From an uncultured bacterium (lineage in GTDB: Bacteria > Auribacterota > Erginobacteria > Erginobacterales > Erginobacteraceae): a stretch of DNA of 64,000 nt. A program made the translations under genes and the position numbers. The notes under the pieces are model-generated. The model saw only the letters and a program-made list of their open reading frames with translations, made no database searches and was not told the origin of the DNA. This document shows positions 26,713 to 36,284 of the stretch, piece after piece. Location: contig CAWGIE010000045.1 in NCBI GenBank assembly GCA_963822585.1, forward strand, positions 1,791 to 65,790. Reading direction: 5' to 3'. Position 1 is the first letter of the stretch, and each line of letters begins with the position of its first letter.

Positions 26713-27783
26713 ATGAGTAAGATAGCTAACAATGGCAATACAGGAGACGAATTCAAACCGAGTGGTTTAGCCACCGCGATCGGGAGCTTCCCGCATACCG
26801 ATCCGGAAGCGGCCCTGGAGTTGATCCACCGGTATCTTCCGGAGGCGCCCGCCTGGCCCCAGCTGCCCAAACGCGGCCTGAAGGAGAATATGTGTCCGCA
26901 GTTCAGCAAGGGGATGCCCGCCCTGATTCTGGATATCGAGGGGGGCAAGATCTTTTTCAGAATCGATGACGGTCTCGCCGCCGAACTGGAAGCTTTCTAC
27001 CTGAAACTGATCGAAGAGGACCTGGAATTTTTCGGTCTTACTCCGGACTACGCTCTGGGGTTTTATTCCCTGGTGAAGTATCTGGCTTCGGGACACCGTT
27101 TTCCCACTATCAAGGGGTGCGTGACGGGCCCGATCACCTTCGGTCTCACCATCACCGACCAGAACCGGAAGCCGTCTCTCTATAACGAGGAAATATTCGA
27201 CGCCATCACGAAGACCATCGCCCTGAAAGCGCGCTGGCAGGTGGGGAAATGCGCGCCTTACTGCGACCGGGTCCTCATCTTCATCGATGAACCGTACCTG
27301 GCGTCGGTCGGCTCCGCTCTGGTCAGCCTCCAGGTCGGGGAGGTGATCGCAAAATTGAATGAAGTGATTGCCGGGATTCACCAGGCGGGGGCCCTGGCCG
27401 GGATTCACTGCTGCGCCAATACCGATTGGTCGATCCTGATGAAGACGGATGTCGATGTCCTCAGCTTCGATGCTTTCGGCTACGCGAAAAACTTGCTTCT
27501 CTATGCCGGGCACGTCCGGGATTTTCTGGATCGGGGAGGCTTCCTGGCCTGGGGGATTACTCCCTCCACCGCGGATATTGAGAACGAGGACGCCGACTCG
27601 CTCTGGCCGCGTCTGGCGGACTCCTGGAAAAGACTGGAAGAGGAAGGGATACCCCGCGGCAAACTGGTTGAGAAATCCCTGATCACGCCCAGCTGCGGCA
27701 TGGGGACGGTGACCCCGGAGCAATGCGAGAAGATTCTCCGGGTGAATCTCGAGATATCGGAAAAAGTCAAGTCCCTCGGGTAA
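26713..27783 (+). CDS. Single-domain (core) MetE-like methionine synthase / methyltransferase
   Basis: TAIGSFPH, WPQLP, KG.VTGP.T, IFIDEP, GIHCC, SFDA, LAWG, ITPSCG; only one barrel (356 aa). Confidence 0.8.
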   Translation: MSKIANNGNTGDEFKPSGLATAIGSFPHTDPEAALELIHRYLPEAPAWPQLPKRGLKENMCPQFSKGMPALILDIEGGKIFFRIDDGLAAELEAFYLKLIEEDLEFFGLTPDYALGFYSLVKYLASGHRFPTIKGCVTGPITFGLTITDQNRKPSLYNEEIFDAITKTIALKARWQVGKCAPYCDRVLIFIDEPYLASVGSALVSLQVGEVIAKLNEVIAGIHQAGALAGIHCCANTDWSILMKTDVDVLSFDAFGYAKNLLLYAGHVRDFLDRGGFLAWGITPSTADIENEDADSLWPRLADSWKRLEEEGIPRGKLVEKSLITPSCGMGTVTPEQCEKILRVNLEISEKVKSLG

Positions 27784-28083
27784 TTCCTCATAAAATCAAA
27801 CCACGAAGGACACGAAGTTCACGAAGAAGATTTTAAAAGAGTAATTTGTATCCTTCGTGATTTCCAGGGGATGTTAAAATTCGGCGTATCTCAAAATATG
27901 GCACCAACGTAAACTCCGCTAAAATGCCTCTCTGAATCCCCGGTCTACGGGATTGTTATCTGTTGGCATTATCATCAGCTACTCCGCAATTATTCCTTCG
28001 TGATTTTCTTGATCTTCGTGTTCTTCGTGTCCTTCGTGGTGATATAATTTTGTCGGCGTTCAGGTAATAAGGATCGTATTGTC

Positions 28084-28851
28084 ATGACAACAATCATCGG
28101 TATCTGCGGTAAGGGCGGCGTGGGAAAGACCACCGTGGCCGCGCTGCTGGTCCGGTATTTGCTCGAGAAAGGCCGTCGACCGATTCTGGCGGTGGACGCC
28201 GATCCCAACGCCAACCTGGGCCGGGTGCTGGGGATCTCCCCGGAAGGGGACGTGGGCACCATCTGCGACGAACTGTTGGAGGAAACGAAGAAGAAACCCG
28301 GGACCTTGAGCAAGCAGGAACTGCTGAGGATGGGTCTGGAGGAGAGTATCGCGGAGGCGGACGGATACGACCTGATTACGATGGGCCGTCCCGAAGGGCC
28401 CGGCTGTTATTGTTATCCGAATCAGATTCTCAGGAACATCCTGCAGTCGATCTCCTCCCAGTATCCGGTGATGGTGGTTGATAATGAAGCCGGCCTGGAA
28501 CATCTCAGCCGCCGTCTCCTCCGCCGTCTCGATCTTCTCCTGATCGTTTCCGGGCCCAGCCCCCGGGGGCTGAAGACCGCCGCCCGGATCCGTGAGCTGG
28601 TCCGGGAGCTGAAGATCGAGGTCGGCGACGAGCACGTCATCGTCAACGCCGCGGCCGGCGAAACCGACTGGGCCGCGTTGGCGGCACCCCTGGGCTTCTC
28701 TCTCTCCGGCATTCTCCCCCGGGATCCCGTCGTCGAGGAGTACGACCTGGACGACCGGTCCCTCCTCGACATACCGGACACCTCGACCGCTTTCCGTGCC
28801 GCCGCCTCTCTCTTCGATACCATTTTGCCTCCTCTTTTCCGCCCGGAGTAA
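28084..28851 (+). CDS. cooC: CooC/AcsF family Ni-insertion ATPase
   Basis: GKGGVGKTT, VDADPN, MGRPEGPGCYC, DNEAGLEHLSR. Confidence 0.9.
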   Translation: MTTIIGICGKGGVGKTTVAALLVRYLLEKGRRPILAVDADPNANLGRVLGISPEGDVGTICDELLEETKKKPGTLSKQELLRMGLEESIAEADGYDLITMGRPEGPGCYCYPNQILRNILQSISSQYPVMVVDNEAGLEHLSRRLLRRLDLLLIVSGPSPRGLKTAARIRELVRELKIEVGDEHVIVNAAAGETDWAALAAPLGFSLSGILPRDPVVEEYDLDDRSLLDIPDTSTAFRAAASLFDTILPPLFRPE

Positions 28852-28936
28852 TACATACACAGAAGAATTAGGCTGCTCTCTCCCGGTATCTTCGTGTACT
28901 TCGTGTTCTTCGTGGTGTACAATAACCCGGTTTTTT

Positions 28937-29692
28937 ATGAATTCTCACGAAAAAATAATGCGGGAACTGCTCTACGACTTCCGCCGCTTCTTCGATCAGA
29001 TGAAGGCGGATGGGGTCGAAGCCGTTGAGACCGGCCGTCCTCCCCGGGAGCGGCGGACGAAAAAAAACCGTCCGGCGCTGGCCCGGCGGCCGGTTGAGCC
29101 GCCCTCCGGCAGTCAAGCCCCGCCCTCCGTCCAGGCCCGTTTCGCGGACCTGGTCGGACGAATCTGCGTCTGCCGGAAGTGCCCTCTGGCCGAGACCCGG
29201 AAGAAAGCGGTGCCGGGGGAGGGGGGACACGGGAATCGGATTCTCCTTGTCGGGGAAGGGCCGGGGGCGGAAGAAGACCGCCTGGGGCGCCCCTTCGTCG
29301 GCCGGTCCGGTCAGCTGCTGGACAAAATCCTCTCCTCGATCGAGCTTTCCCGGAACGACGTTTACATCACCAATATCGTGAAATGCCGGCCTCCCAACAA
29401 CCGCGACCCCCAGTCCGACGAGGTGATCGCCTGCTGGCCTTACCTGGACGAACAGATCAAGCTCCTGCAACCCCGGGTGATCGTGACTCTCGGCTCCCCG
29501 GCGGTGAAGACGCTCCTCGATACCGAGACCGGGATCGGCCGCCTCCGGGGGCGGTTCCATGACTACAAGGGGATACCGCTTCTCCCCACCTATCACCCCG
29601 CCTATTTACTTCGCGCCTATACCCCGGAAAACAGAAAAAAGGTCTGGCAGGATGTAAAGATGCTGCGGGATTTTTTACAGAAGCCGGAGTGA
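28937..29692 (+). CDS. Family-4 uracil-DNA glycosylase
   Basis: C..CPL, VGEGPG..ED..GRPFVG, TNIVKCRPP.NRDP, TYHPAY. Confidence 0.95.
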   Translation: MNSHEKIMRELLYDFRRFFDQMKADGVEAVETGRPPRERRTKKNRPALARRPVEPPSGSQAPPSVQARFADLVGRICVCRKCPLAETRKKAVPGEGGHGNRILLVGEGPGAEEDRLGRPFVGRSGQLLDKILSSIELSRNDVYITNIVKCRPPNNRDPQSDEVIACWPYLDEQIKLLQPRVIVTLGSPAVKTLLDTETGIGRLRGRFHDYKGIPLLPTYHPAYLLRAYTPENRKKVWQDVKMLRDFLQKPE

Positions 29693-29791
29693 TGGCAAAG
29701 AGCCGGGGCTCGCTGTCTTACTACTGCATCACGCCACCACTCCGGTTCCGGGAAGTTCGACAACACTGCTGCGTACCGTTGTCGTTACGGG

Positions 29792-30001
29792 CTAATTTTC
29801 CCTCCGATATTCCAGGATATCCCCCGGCTGACACTCCAGCACCTCGCATATCTTCTCCAGGGTTGAGAAACGGATGGCCTTTGCCTTCCCCGTTTTTAAG
29901 ATGGAGAGGTTCTGTGAGGTTATTTCCACCCGCGCGGCCAGAGTGTTCAGACGCATCTTGCGGGTCGCCAGCATGATGTCCAGATTAACGATGACGGGCA
30001 T
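29792..30001 (-). CDS. Cro/C1-type HTH regulator (YozG-like)
   Basis: MPVIVNLD.ML..RKM...LA....NLSILKTGKAKAIRFSTL..IC..L.CQPGDIL. Confidence 0.92.
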   Translation of the reverse strand: MPVIVNLDIMLATRKMRLNTLAARVEITSQNLSILKTGKAKAIRFSTLEKICEVLECQPGDILEYRREN

Positions 30002-30012
30002 GGCGATCCTCC

Positions 30013-30555
30013 TTATACGGTCAGCTCGCAGTCTTCCTGGAGTTTGCGGCCTTCCTCCATCACCCAGGACATGGTGGCGATCATCAGGCCGATCACGAGA
30101 ATGATCAGGGCCAGAAACCCATCCGTCAACAGAGTGAACGAGCCGGACCAGTGCAGCTTTGCCCATACGTAATACGGAGCCGTCAGCAACATGACCCGCC
30201 CTAAATATTTTAGCTGGGCAACGGTCCTGCCGGTGAAAATATCTCCCTGGGCGAAGAAGCTGAAAAGCCGGTAGATGCACCAGAGGCCGCGCGTTACCAG
30301 TACGAAACCGGCCGCATAGGTGAGAATCGTCACGATCGAAGCGCCCGGCCGGTGTACTTCTTTCACCGTAACCACATGTTCGCCGTTTTCATCAATTGTC
30401 GTTCTGGTTGTTGTTTTATACAGGGCGGGTAAACGATAGAACGCGACCAACAGGGCGAGAATGACGAAGCCCACGATGAATATCGCGAAGATAGAACGTA
30501 CGTTCCGGCTCACTTTTTTGATTTTTTTTACTGCCGATTGTGTTGGATTATTCAT
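30013..30555 (-). CDS. DUF2975-like membrane protein
   Basis: Four hydrophobic segments, G.IFT, C-terminal VMEEGRKLQEDCELTV; directly upstream of the YozG-like HTH gene. Confidence 0.8.
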   Translation of the reverse strand: MNNPTQSAVKKIKKVSRNVRSIFAIFIVGFVILALLVAFYRLPALYKTTTRTTIDENGEHVVTVKEVHRPGASIVTILTYAAGFVLVTRGLWCIYRLFSFFAQGDIFTGRTVAQLKYLGRVMLLTAPYYVWAKLHWSGSFTLLTDGFLALIILVIGLMIATMSWVMEEGRKLQEDCELTV

Positions 30556-30636
30556 GTACTCAGCATCTCCATCAGTGAATATTTTGGTTGCGGTCTTTAC
30601 TTTTCGGGACCTGTATCATCCCGGTGTTTCGGTCCA

Positions 30637-31104
30637 TCAATTCTTTTGATCGGGCCACCAGGTGACCTCTGGAAAATGAGATTTGACCTGATCGGTGCAG
30701 ACCAGGTGTTCAAGCTTGGCTGATATATCCCGGTAAGAACCGGGATTAATATTCAAGGCCAGCTGATCGACTGCGGGCGCGCCGTCCTTTTCAGTGATGA
30801 TGAAGATGCGCCCCTTCCGGAGGAGATATTTCTGATCCCCGATCTCCATGGTTATGGAATCGGCTGCAACATTCAATTTCGCCCCGGAGGAAATCTGATA
30901 AGCGCCGTGCCATGTGGCATGCGGTTTCACCTGATCTTCGAAAGATGCTTCCTTTAGATCGGTGAAGATGACGAAGACAATCTCGTCACCACGGGCACCC
31001 CATCTTGCGTTGATGTCGCCCCACGAGTGAACTCCCTCGCTTCGTCTGCCGCAGCCGCACAGAGCAAAAGCCAGACAGAGGGTCATACCGGTCCATACCT
31101 TCAT
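30637..31104 (-). CDS. Putative lipoprotein
   Basis: RBS AGGAGG; lipobox-like LCGC after a hydrophobic stretch. Confidence 0.65.
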   Translation of the reverse strand: MKVWTGMTLCLAFALCGCGRRSEGVHSWGDINARWGARGDEIVFVIFTDLKEASFEDQVKPHATWHGAYQISSGAKLNVAADSITMEIGDQKYLLRKGRIFIITEKDGAPAVDQLALNINPGSYRDISAKLEHLVCTDQVKSHFPEVTWWPDQKN

Positions 31105-31158
31105 GCTACACCTCCTTTTGGGGAAGATATCCACTCCCCTAATTTGAAGTTTGGGGCC

Positions 31159-31187
31159 GTTATAGTATAATACATCATCTAAGTCAA
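31159..31187 (-). promoter_or_regulatory. Sigma-70-type promoter for the lipoprotein-DUF2975-HTH unit
   Basis: TTGACT-N17-TATAAC on the minus strand. Confidence 0.6.
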
Positions 31188-31260
31188 GAAAAATATATTG
31201 TTATTCGATAATTTTTATCCTTTGATCATTATATCAGGGAATGCCATGATTTTTCCCTAA

Positions 31261-31422
31261 GTACACCGGTTCATAAATACGGTGATATTCGTCCGCAGAT
31301 GCATCCCGAGCTGCTGCGTTGCTCGTCGGTCAAATACCACAAGGGTATTCTCCCTCCTCGCGCCTGGCATCTCGGGCGCCTCTACGCCCTCGATATAACA
31401 CCGTATTTATGAACAGGTGTAC
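31261..31422. mobile_element. 162-bp MITE-like element with ~30-bp imperfect terminal inverted repeats
   Basis: GTACACCGGTTCATAAATACGGTG...CACCGTATTTATGAACAGGTGTAC; TAA on both flanks; no ORF of note. Confidence 0.75.
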
Positions 31423-31593
31423 TAAGCCATATTTGGATGGTGAAAGTTCCCGGAGTTCCCCGCATCAATCTGTTCTTTTCAGCCCGAACTGTCAGTGTTA
31501 TCATAACCGGGAGATCAATAATAAAGTCCACTCGATGTTTGACGTTGAACAGGCTGCCCGGGGGTGGGGTTGGATGTTCAAACTATTAAATCG

Positions 31594-33843
31594 ATGAGCC
31601 TTCATCTACACAATCATGCCGCCTGTTACGCCGAGGTCGTCGTCAACCTTCCGGCCGATCTTATCCTCACCTATCGAATTCCCGACGATCTTCAGGGGAT
31701 CGTGCGGGTCGGCCACAAGGTCCTCGTTCCTTTGGGCGGAACCCGCGCCACCGGGTTTGTGACCGCCCTGGTAGAGGACGCCCCCACCGGCAAGCAGCCC
31801 CGGCCTCTGATCCGGATCGTGGAAGCGGAGCCGTACTTCGGGGAGAACCTGGTCTCGCTGATCCGTTGGGTCTCCCGGTATTATTTCTGTTCCTTCCCCC
31901 GGGCCTTTAAGACCGCCATCCCGTCCCCGGTCCGCAACGGCAAAAAAGCGCCCCTTCTCCAGCAGGCTGCTCTCTCCGTTTCACTGGAAAAAGCCCGGGA
32001 AGCACTCCCTGCCCTGGACAAGAAGGCTCCCCGGCAGGCGGCCCTCCTCAATTGCCTGTTGGGGAAGGGGGGGGGGCCGATGATCGTCGCTGACCTCCTG
32101 AAAGCCTCTTCTTCCTCCCGCGGTTCTCTCTTCGCCCTCGAGAAAAAGGGGTTTGTCTCCGTGTCCGGGGAAGACCGCTATGCCGCACTGCGGAAGAGAG
32201 AGGAGATCCTGCCCACCAGTCCCCTCCGTCTGACCGGGGAACAGGAGGTTGCTTTCCGAGCGATCGGGGAAGTCGTGGAGACAGGAGTTTTCCGGGTTTT
32301 TCTCCTTCATGGAATCACGGGCAGCGGGAAGACCGAGATTTATCTCCAGGCCATCTCGCGAGTGCTGGAGAAAGGGCAAGGCGCGATCGTTCTGGTCCCG
32401 GAGATATCCCTGACCCCGCAGACCGGGGAGAGGTTCCGTTCCCGCTTCGGAGAAGAAGCGGTCATTATTCACAGTGCCCAATCGCCGGGCGAGCGTTTTG
32501 AAAGCTGGCGGCGGATCGCCTCCGGCCGCGCCCGGGTGGTCATCGGTCCCCGTTCGGCCGTCTTCGCGCCCCTGGAGAACCCCGGCCTGATTATCGTCGA
32601 CGAGGAACATGAGACGTCATACAAGCAGTCCGCGGTCAGCCCTTTTTATCATGCCCGCGACGTGGCCGTGATGCGGGGCAAGATCGAAGGCTGCGGCGTC
32701 ATCCTGGGATCGGCGACCCCGTCGATTGAAAGTTACTATAACCAGCGGGAGGGGAAGTACGCGCTTCTCTCCCTGCGGACCCGGCCCGAGGAGGCGATGC
32801 TCCCGACCGTGAAGATCGTCGATATGCGCGCCGAACGGGAACGGCAGAAGGGGGGGATCTCTTTTTCGGACGCCCTGCTGGTGTCGATGAAGGATAATCT
32901 GGACGCGGGGAGGCAGACGATCCTTTTCCTGAACCGCCGGGGGTTCTTCACCGTTCTCGTCTGTCCGGACTGCGGCTATGTCTCCCGCTGCAGCCACTGC
33001 AGCGTTTCGCTGACCTATCATAAGCGAACCGGACGCCAGGTCTGCCACATCTGCGGCTATACCGTGCCGCCCCCGCGCCGCTGCCCGGTCTGCCGCTCGA
33101 CGCGCCTGACATTTACCGGCCGGGGGACCCAGCGCATCGAAGAACAGATCGGGAAGATATTCCCCCGGGCCCGCGTCCGGAGGATGGATACCGACGCGGT
33201 CGGCGAACGCGATGCCCATCGCCGGATACTGGAGGAATTCAAAGCCGGTCGGATCGACATCCTGGTCGGGACCCAGATGATCGCCAAGGGGCTTGATTTC
33301 CCCAACGTGACCCTGGTCGGGGTGATCATGGCCGATACGGCGTTGAGCCTGGCCGATTTTCGTGCCACCGAGTACACCTTTCAGGTCGTGACCCAGGTCG
33401 CCGGCCGGGCCGGGCGGGGCGAGCTGAAGGGAACGGTCATCGTCCAGACCTATTCTCCGCGCCATCCCGCCCTGCTCGCCGCCGTCCGTCAGGAGTATGG
33501 TCCGTTCTTCGAAAAGGAGATCAGGTTCCGGGAGGAGCTGGGGTATCCACCTCTCAATCACTTCATCAGTGTGACGGTCCTCTCCCGTAATCAGGATAAG
33601 AGCCTGCGGATCTGCGAGCATCTTGGCCGTCTGCTCGCCCCCGCTCTCGATCGGGAGGACGAGATCATGGGGCCGGCCCCGCCCCCGATCGAACGGATCC
33701 GGGGCCGCTATCGGCACCAGCTGCTGATCAAGACCAGGGGGGTGGGTTCCACTCTCCGGGCGCTGCGGGAAGTCCTTCCGGGAGTGGGGCGCGCCCGCGA
33801 CATCAAGATCGAGGTCGATGTCGATCCGATCTCTATGTTATAA
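31594..33843 (+). CDS. priA: Primosomal protein N' (replication restart helicase)
   Basis: LLHGITGSGKTEIY, VPEISLTPQ, DEEH, GSATP, FLNRRG, Cys-rich zinc region, GTQMIAKGLDFP, QVAGRAGR. Confidence 0.97.
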   Translation: MSLHLHNHAACYAEVVVNLPADLILTYRIPDDLQGIVRVGHKVLVPLGGTRATGFVTALVEDAPTGKQPRPLIRIVEAEPYFGENLVSLIRWVSRYYFCSFPRAFKTAIPSPVRNGKKAPLLQQAALSVSLEKAREALPALDKKAPRQAALLNCLLGKGGGPMIVADLLKASSSSRGSLFALEKKGFVSVSGEDRYAALRKREEILPTSPLRLTGEQEVAFRAIGEVVETGVFRVFLLHGITGSGKTEIYLQAISRVLEKGQGAIVLVPEISLTPQTGERFRSRFGEEAVIIHSAQSPGERFESWRRIASGRARVVIGPRSAVFAPLENPGLIIVDEEHETSYKQSAVSPFYHARDVAVMRGKIEGCGVILGSATPSIESYYNQREGKYALLSLRTRPEEAMLPTVKIVDMRAERERQKGGISFSDALLVSMKDNLDAGRQTILFLNRRGFFTVLVCPDCGYVSRCSHCSVSLTYHKRTGRQVCHICGYTVPPPRRCPVCRSTRLTFTGRGTQRIEEQIGKIFPRARVRRMDTDAVGERDAHRRILEEFKAGRIDILVGTQMIAKGLDFPNVTLVGVIMADTALSLADFRATEYTFQVVTQVAGRAGRGELKGTVIVQTYSPRHPALLAAVRQEYGPFFEKEIRFREELGYPPLNHFISVTVLSRNQDKSLRICEHLGRLLAPALDREDEIMGPAPPPIERIRGRYRHQLLIKTRGVGSTLRALREVLPGVGRARDIKIEVDVDPISML

Positions 33844-33880
33844 TTTCCCTCTCTCCGGTCTTTCACCGGAGAGAGGGAAA
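33844..33880. terminator. Hairpin after priA
   Basis: TTTCCCTCTCTCCGG-N7-CCGGAGAGAGGGAAA. Confidence 0.65.
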
Positions 33881-33886
33881 TTATAG

Positions 33887-34744
33887 ATGATGAAAAAAAA
33901 CGTCTACAGGATTTTTCTCATCTGCTGCTTTCTCTCGATGATCTCCACCGGCCCGCTGGCAGGGGCAATAAAGACCGTTCAACAGTACAAGGCGGAGACC
34001 GGGCTGCCGGAGACAGCGGCCTCCTTCCATTTTACCGTGTTCAGCGAGAACGCGGATTTCTCCCGGCGGGCGCTTGACCGGCTGGAGAAAGCGCTGGAGA
34101 AAATTCAGGCCGATCTTCAGGTCAAACGCAGCCTCCGGAAACGCTGCCTGGTCTTTATCTGGAAGAACCGCCTGGATTATCTCGAAAAGATCGCGGCGAT
34201 GGGGGACCCCGGCCTGGCCTTCACCGGCGGCTTCTCCGTCTCGGCGGTGGACCGGCTCCCGCACCAGCTCTACCTTTACAACTCGGACGAACTCTTCGAT
34301 ACGGTCATCCCCCATGAACTGGGACATCTGGTTCTGGAGGTGACGTTGAACGGCTCCAGGCAGTATCGGGTCCCCCTCTGGCTCCACGAAGGATTTGCCC
34401 AGTGCCAGGAAGAGAAGGACTATGCCCCGGTCGCCCGTTCCCTGGCCGAAGGGGGGGGCAAAGGACTGATCCCCCTGGGAGAGCTTACGGCGATCAGCGC
34501 CTACCCGGAAGACCCCGGGAGGAGGCTCCTCTTTTATCGGGAAGCGGAGGGGCTGGTCCGCTTTCTCATCGCCGAACAGACCTCGCCGGGAGAGTTTTTT
34601 TACCTGGCCCGGAAGATGGTCTTCTGGGCTGAAGACCTGGAACCGGCGCTCCGGTCCCGGTATGGCGGAAAATTTTCCACCCTCAACCAACTGGAGGAGA
34701 TATGGATACGCGACCTGCGGCACTATTTTGGAGACGAAGAATAG
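33887..34744 (+). CDS. Secreted peptidase MA-like (gluzincin) protein
   Basis: Signal peptide; VIPHELGH ... PLWLHEGFA. Confidence 0.75.
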   Translation: MMKKNVYRIFLICCFLSMISTGPLAGAIKTVQQYKAETGLPETAASFHFTVFSENADFSRRALDRLEKALEKIQADLQVKRSLRKRCLVFIWKNRLDYLEKIAAMGDPGLAFTGGFSVSAVDRLPHQLYLYNSDELFDTVIPHELGHLVLEVTLNGSRQYRVPLWLHEGFAQCQEEKDYAPVARSLAEGGGKGLIPLGELTAISAYPEDPGRRLLFYREAEGLVRFLIAEQTSPGEFFYLARKMVFWAEDLEPALRSRYGGKFSTLNQLEEIWIRDLRHYFGDEE

Positions 34745-35235
34745 CCTTCGCGGCGGTTTTCTGCCTGGCCTTGTCGGCCGCCGCCTTCGCCCAGACGTTG
34801 AACCGGGGGAAGCTGTTCGAGATCAAAACCTTCCGCCCGGTGCGGCTGAGCGGCGACAACGTTGTCTATGAGTTCAACGGGAAGGACCTTGATAAGGGGC
34901 TGGAGCTTGCCTTCCGGATCAAGTCGGCCGGAGAATTCCCCGGCGTTTATTTCCAGGTCACCCTCTTCGACAGCAAGATGCGGCCGATCCGGAATGGGAT
35001 CCAGGGCGTCTTCTCCGATGAAGATAACCGCCAGACCTCCGCGATCCGCTCCAGCTATGTTTCCGGCTCCGTCCGGCGGATCGACGGCTTCAAGGGGAAA
35101 CGGACCTATACCCTCACCTTCATCCCCGGCGAATCGTACAAGTACGCCCTGGCCGAGGTCGGAAACGGCGACGAGAAGATCTACGCCGTCTATCCCCGGA
35201 CTGCCAAGCTGGCAGACCTCTTGCCCCGGCAGTAG
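34702..35235 (+). CDS. Hypothetical secreted protein
   Basis: Signal peptide ending AFA; overlaps the upstream gene; host-like codon usage. Confidence 0.65.
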   Translation: MDTRPAALFWRRRIAFAAVFCLALSAAAFAQTLNRGKLFEIKTFRPVRLSGDNVVYEFNGKDLDKGLELAFRIKSAGEFPGVYFQVTLFDSKMRPIRNGIQGVFSDEDNRQTSAIRSSYVSGSVRRIDGFKGKRTYTLTFIPGESYKYALAEVGNGDEKIYAVYPRTAKLADLLPRQ

Positions 35236-35245
35236 GGAAGGGGAA

Positions 35246-35480
35246 TGTAGTATCGTCCTTTCGCTTTCGCGACAGGACTTTTAGGATCAGAATGCCTTCG
35301 GCATTCTTTGTGGGAATTGTAGGATCGCGTTCTGCCGGCCCCGCCGGCCGCAGTTCAGCAAGCCGTGCCTCCGGCACGGCGATACTACATTTACTACATC
35401 TCCTGCAAGTCCTGAACGGAGTGAAGGACGATCCTACATAAATTGGCTCACTGCCTTTCAAAAGGCAGTGAGCCAATTTA
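35246..35480 (+). repeat. ~210-bp element, copy 3 (expanded internal hairpins)
   Basis: TGTAGTATCGTCCTTTCGC...AAGGACGATCCTACA; GCCGTGCC-TCC-GGCACGGC; ends at the cdd stop codon. Confidence 0.9.
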
Positions 35481-35891
35481 TTACAGCCCCAATTTATGGG
35501 GCCCGAACATCTCCGGGTAGAGCTCGGTGAAACGGGTCTCCCGGATCTCGCCGCCGGTATTGGCGGCCAGGATCAGCAGATCCCCCCGGTCGAATTCGGC
35601 CAGGCTCTGCCGGCAGATGGCGCAGGGGAAAGGGGGGGGTGAAGCATCGGTGAGGACCAGTAGCGCTCTGAACGCGGTCTCCCCGGCGGCGACCGCCGCG
35701 GCCAGGGCGTTTCCTTCCGCGTGGGTGGTGGTGGTGAAGGCCGCATTCTCCACGTTGCACCCGCTGTAATAGTTTCCTCCGGCGGTCAGGACAGCCGCTC
35801 CCACCAGGTAGTTGCTGTAGGGAGCATGGGCGTGCCTCCTGGCTTCCCCGGCACGGCGCAGCAGTTCATCTTTCTGTTCCCGTGAAATCAT
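35481..35891 (-). CDS. cdd: Cytidine deaminase
   Basis: APYSNY.VGAA, GCNVENA, HAE, PCAICRQ. Confidence 0.93.
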   Translation of the reverse strand: MISREQKDELLRRAGEARRHAHAPYSNYLVGAAVLTAGGNYYSGCNVENAAFTTTTHAEGNALAAAVAAGETAFRALLVLTDASPPPFPCAICRQSLAEFDRGDLLILAANTGGEIRETRFTELYPEMFGPHKLGL

Positions 35892-36215
35892 ACCCGGGAA
35901 TACTACCACGAAGTACACGAAGTACACGAAGAAAAATTAATAAATAGTGGCAAGAGGGGGTAATAGGGAACCGGTCACAACTGACCCATCATTCCATTAC
36001 CCCGCCGGTCATTATTTCTCATCATTCACCACCGGCCGAGCAGCGTCCTATTTGAGCCATAAAGGCACACTGTCGGGATAGTTATCAGAAACTGTGCCAT
36101 AATTACCCGCCAATACATTCCGCCGGTACAGTTATTGTAAAGTTGCTATTTCACTATATATTTATATGCAGGCAGTTATATTAAATATTTTATTTTTCTG
36201 AATATTTATTATATA

Positions 36216-36231
36216 TGGCACGTTAATTGCT
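36216..36231 (+). promoter_or_regulatory. Sigma-54 (-24/-12) promoter upstream of dnaK
   Basis: TGGCAC-GTTAA-TTGCT matches consensus TGGCAC-N5-TTGCW; preceded by an AT-rich tract. Confidence 0.75.
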
Positions 36232-36284
36232 CTTATTACCAGTGCCAGCAGAATAATATATCTAAAACAAGGAGGAAAAATAAA

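Noticed and set aside
28796-28936. N-terminal ORF extensions from the track (udg, and likewise folC, cdd, the hydrolase, the Mur ligase)
   Set aside because: Extensions run through intergenic or repeat sequence; downstream ATGs match the family starts
36222-36248. CIRCE element upstream of dnaK
   Set aside because: Only a partial right half (CAGTGCCAG); no TTAGCACTC left half at 9-bp spacing
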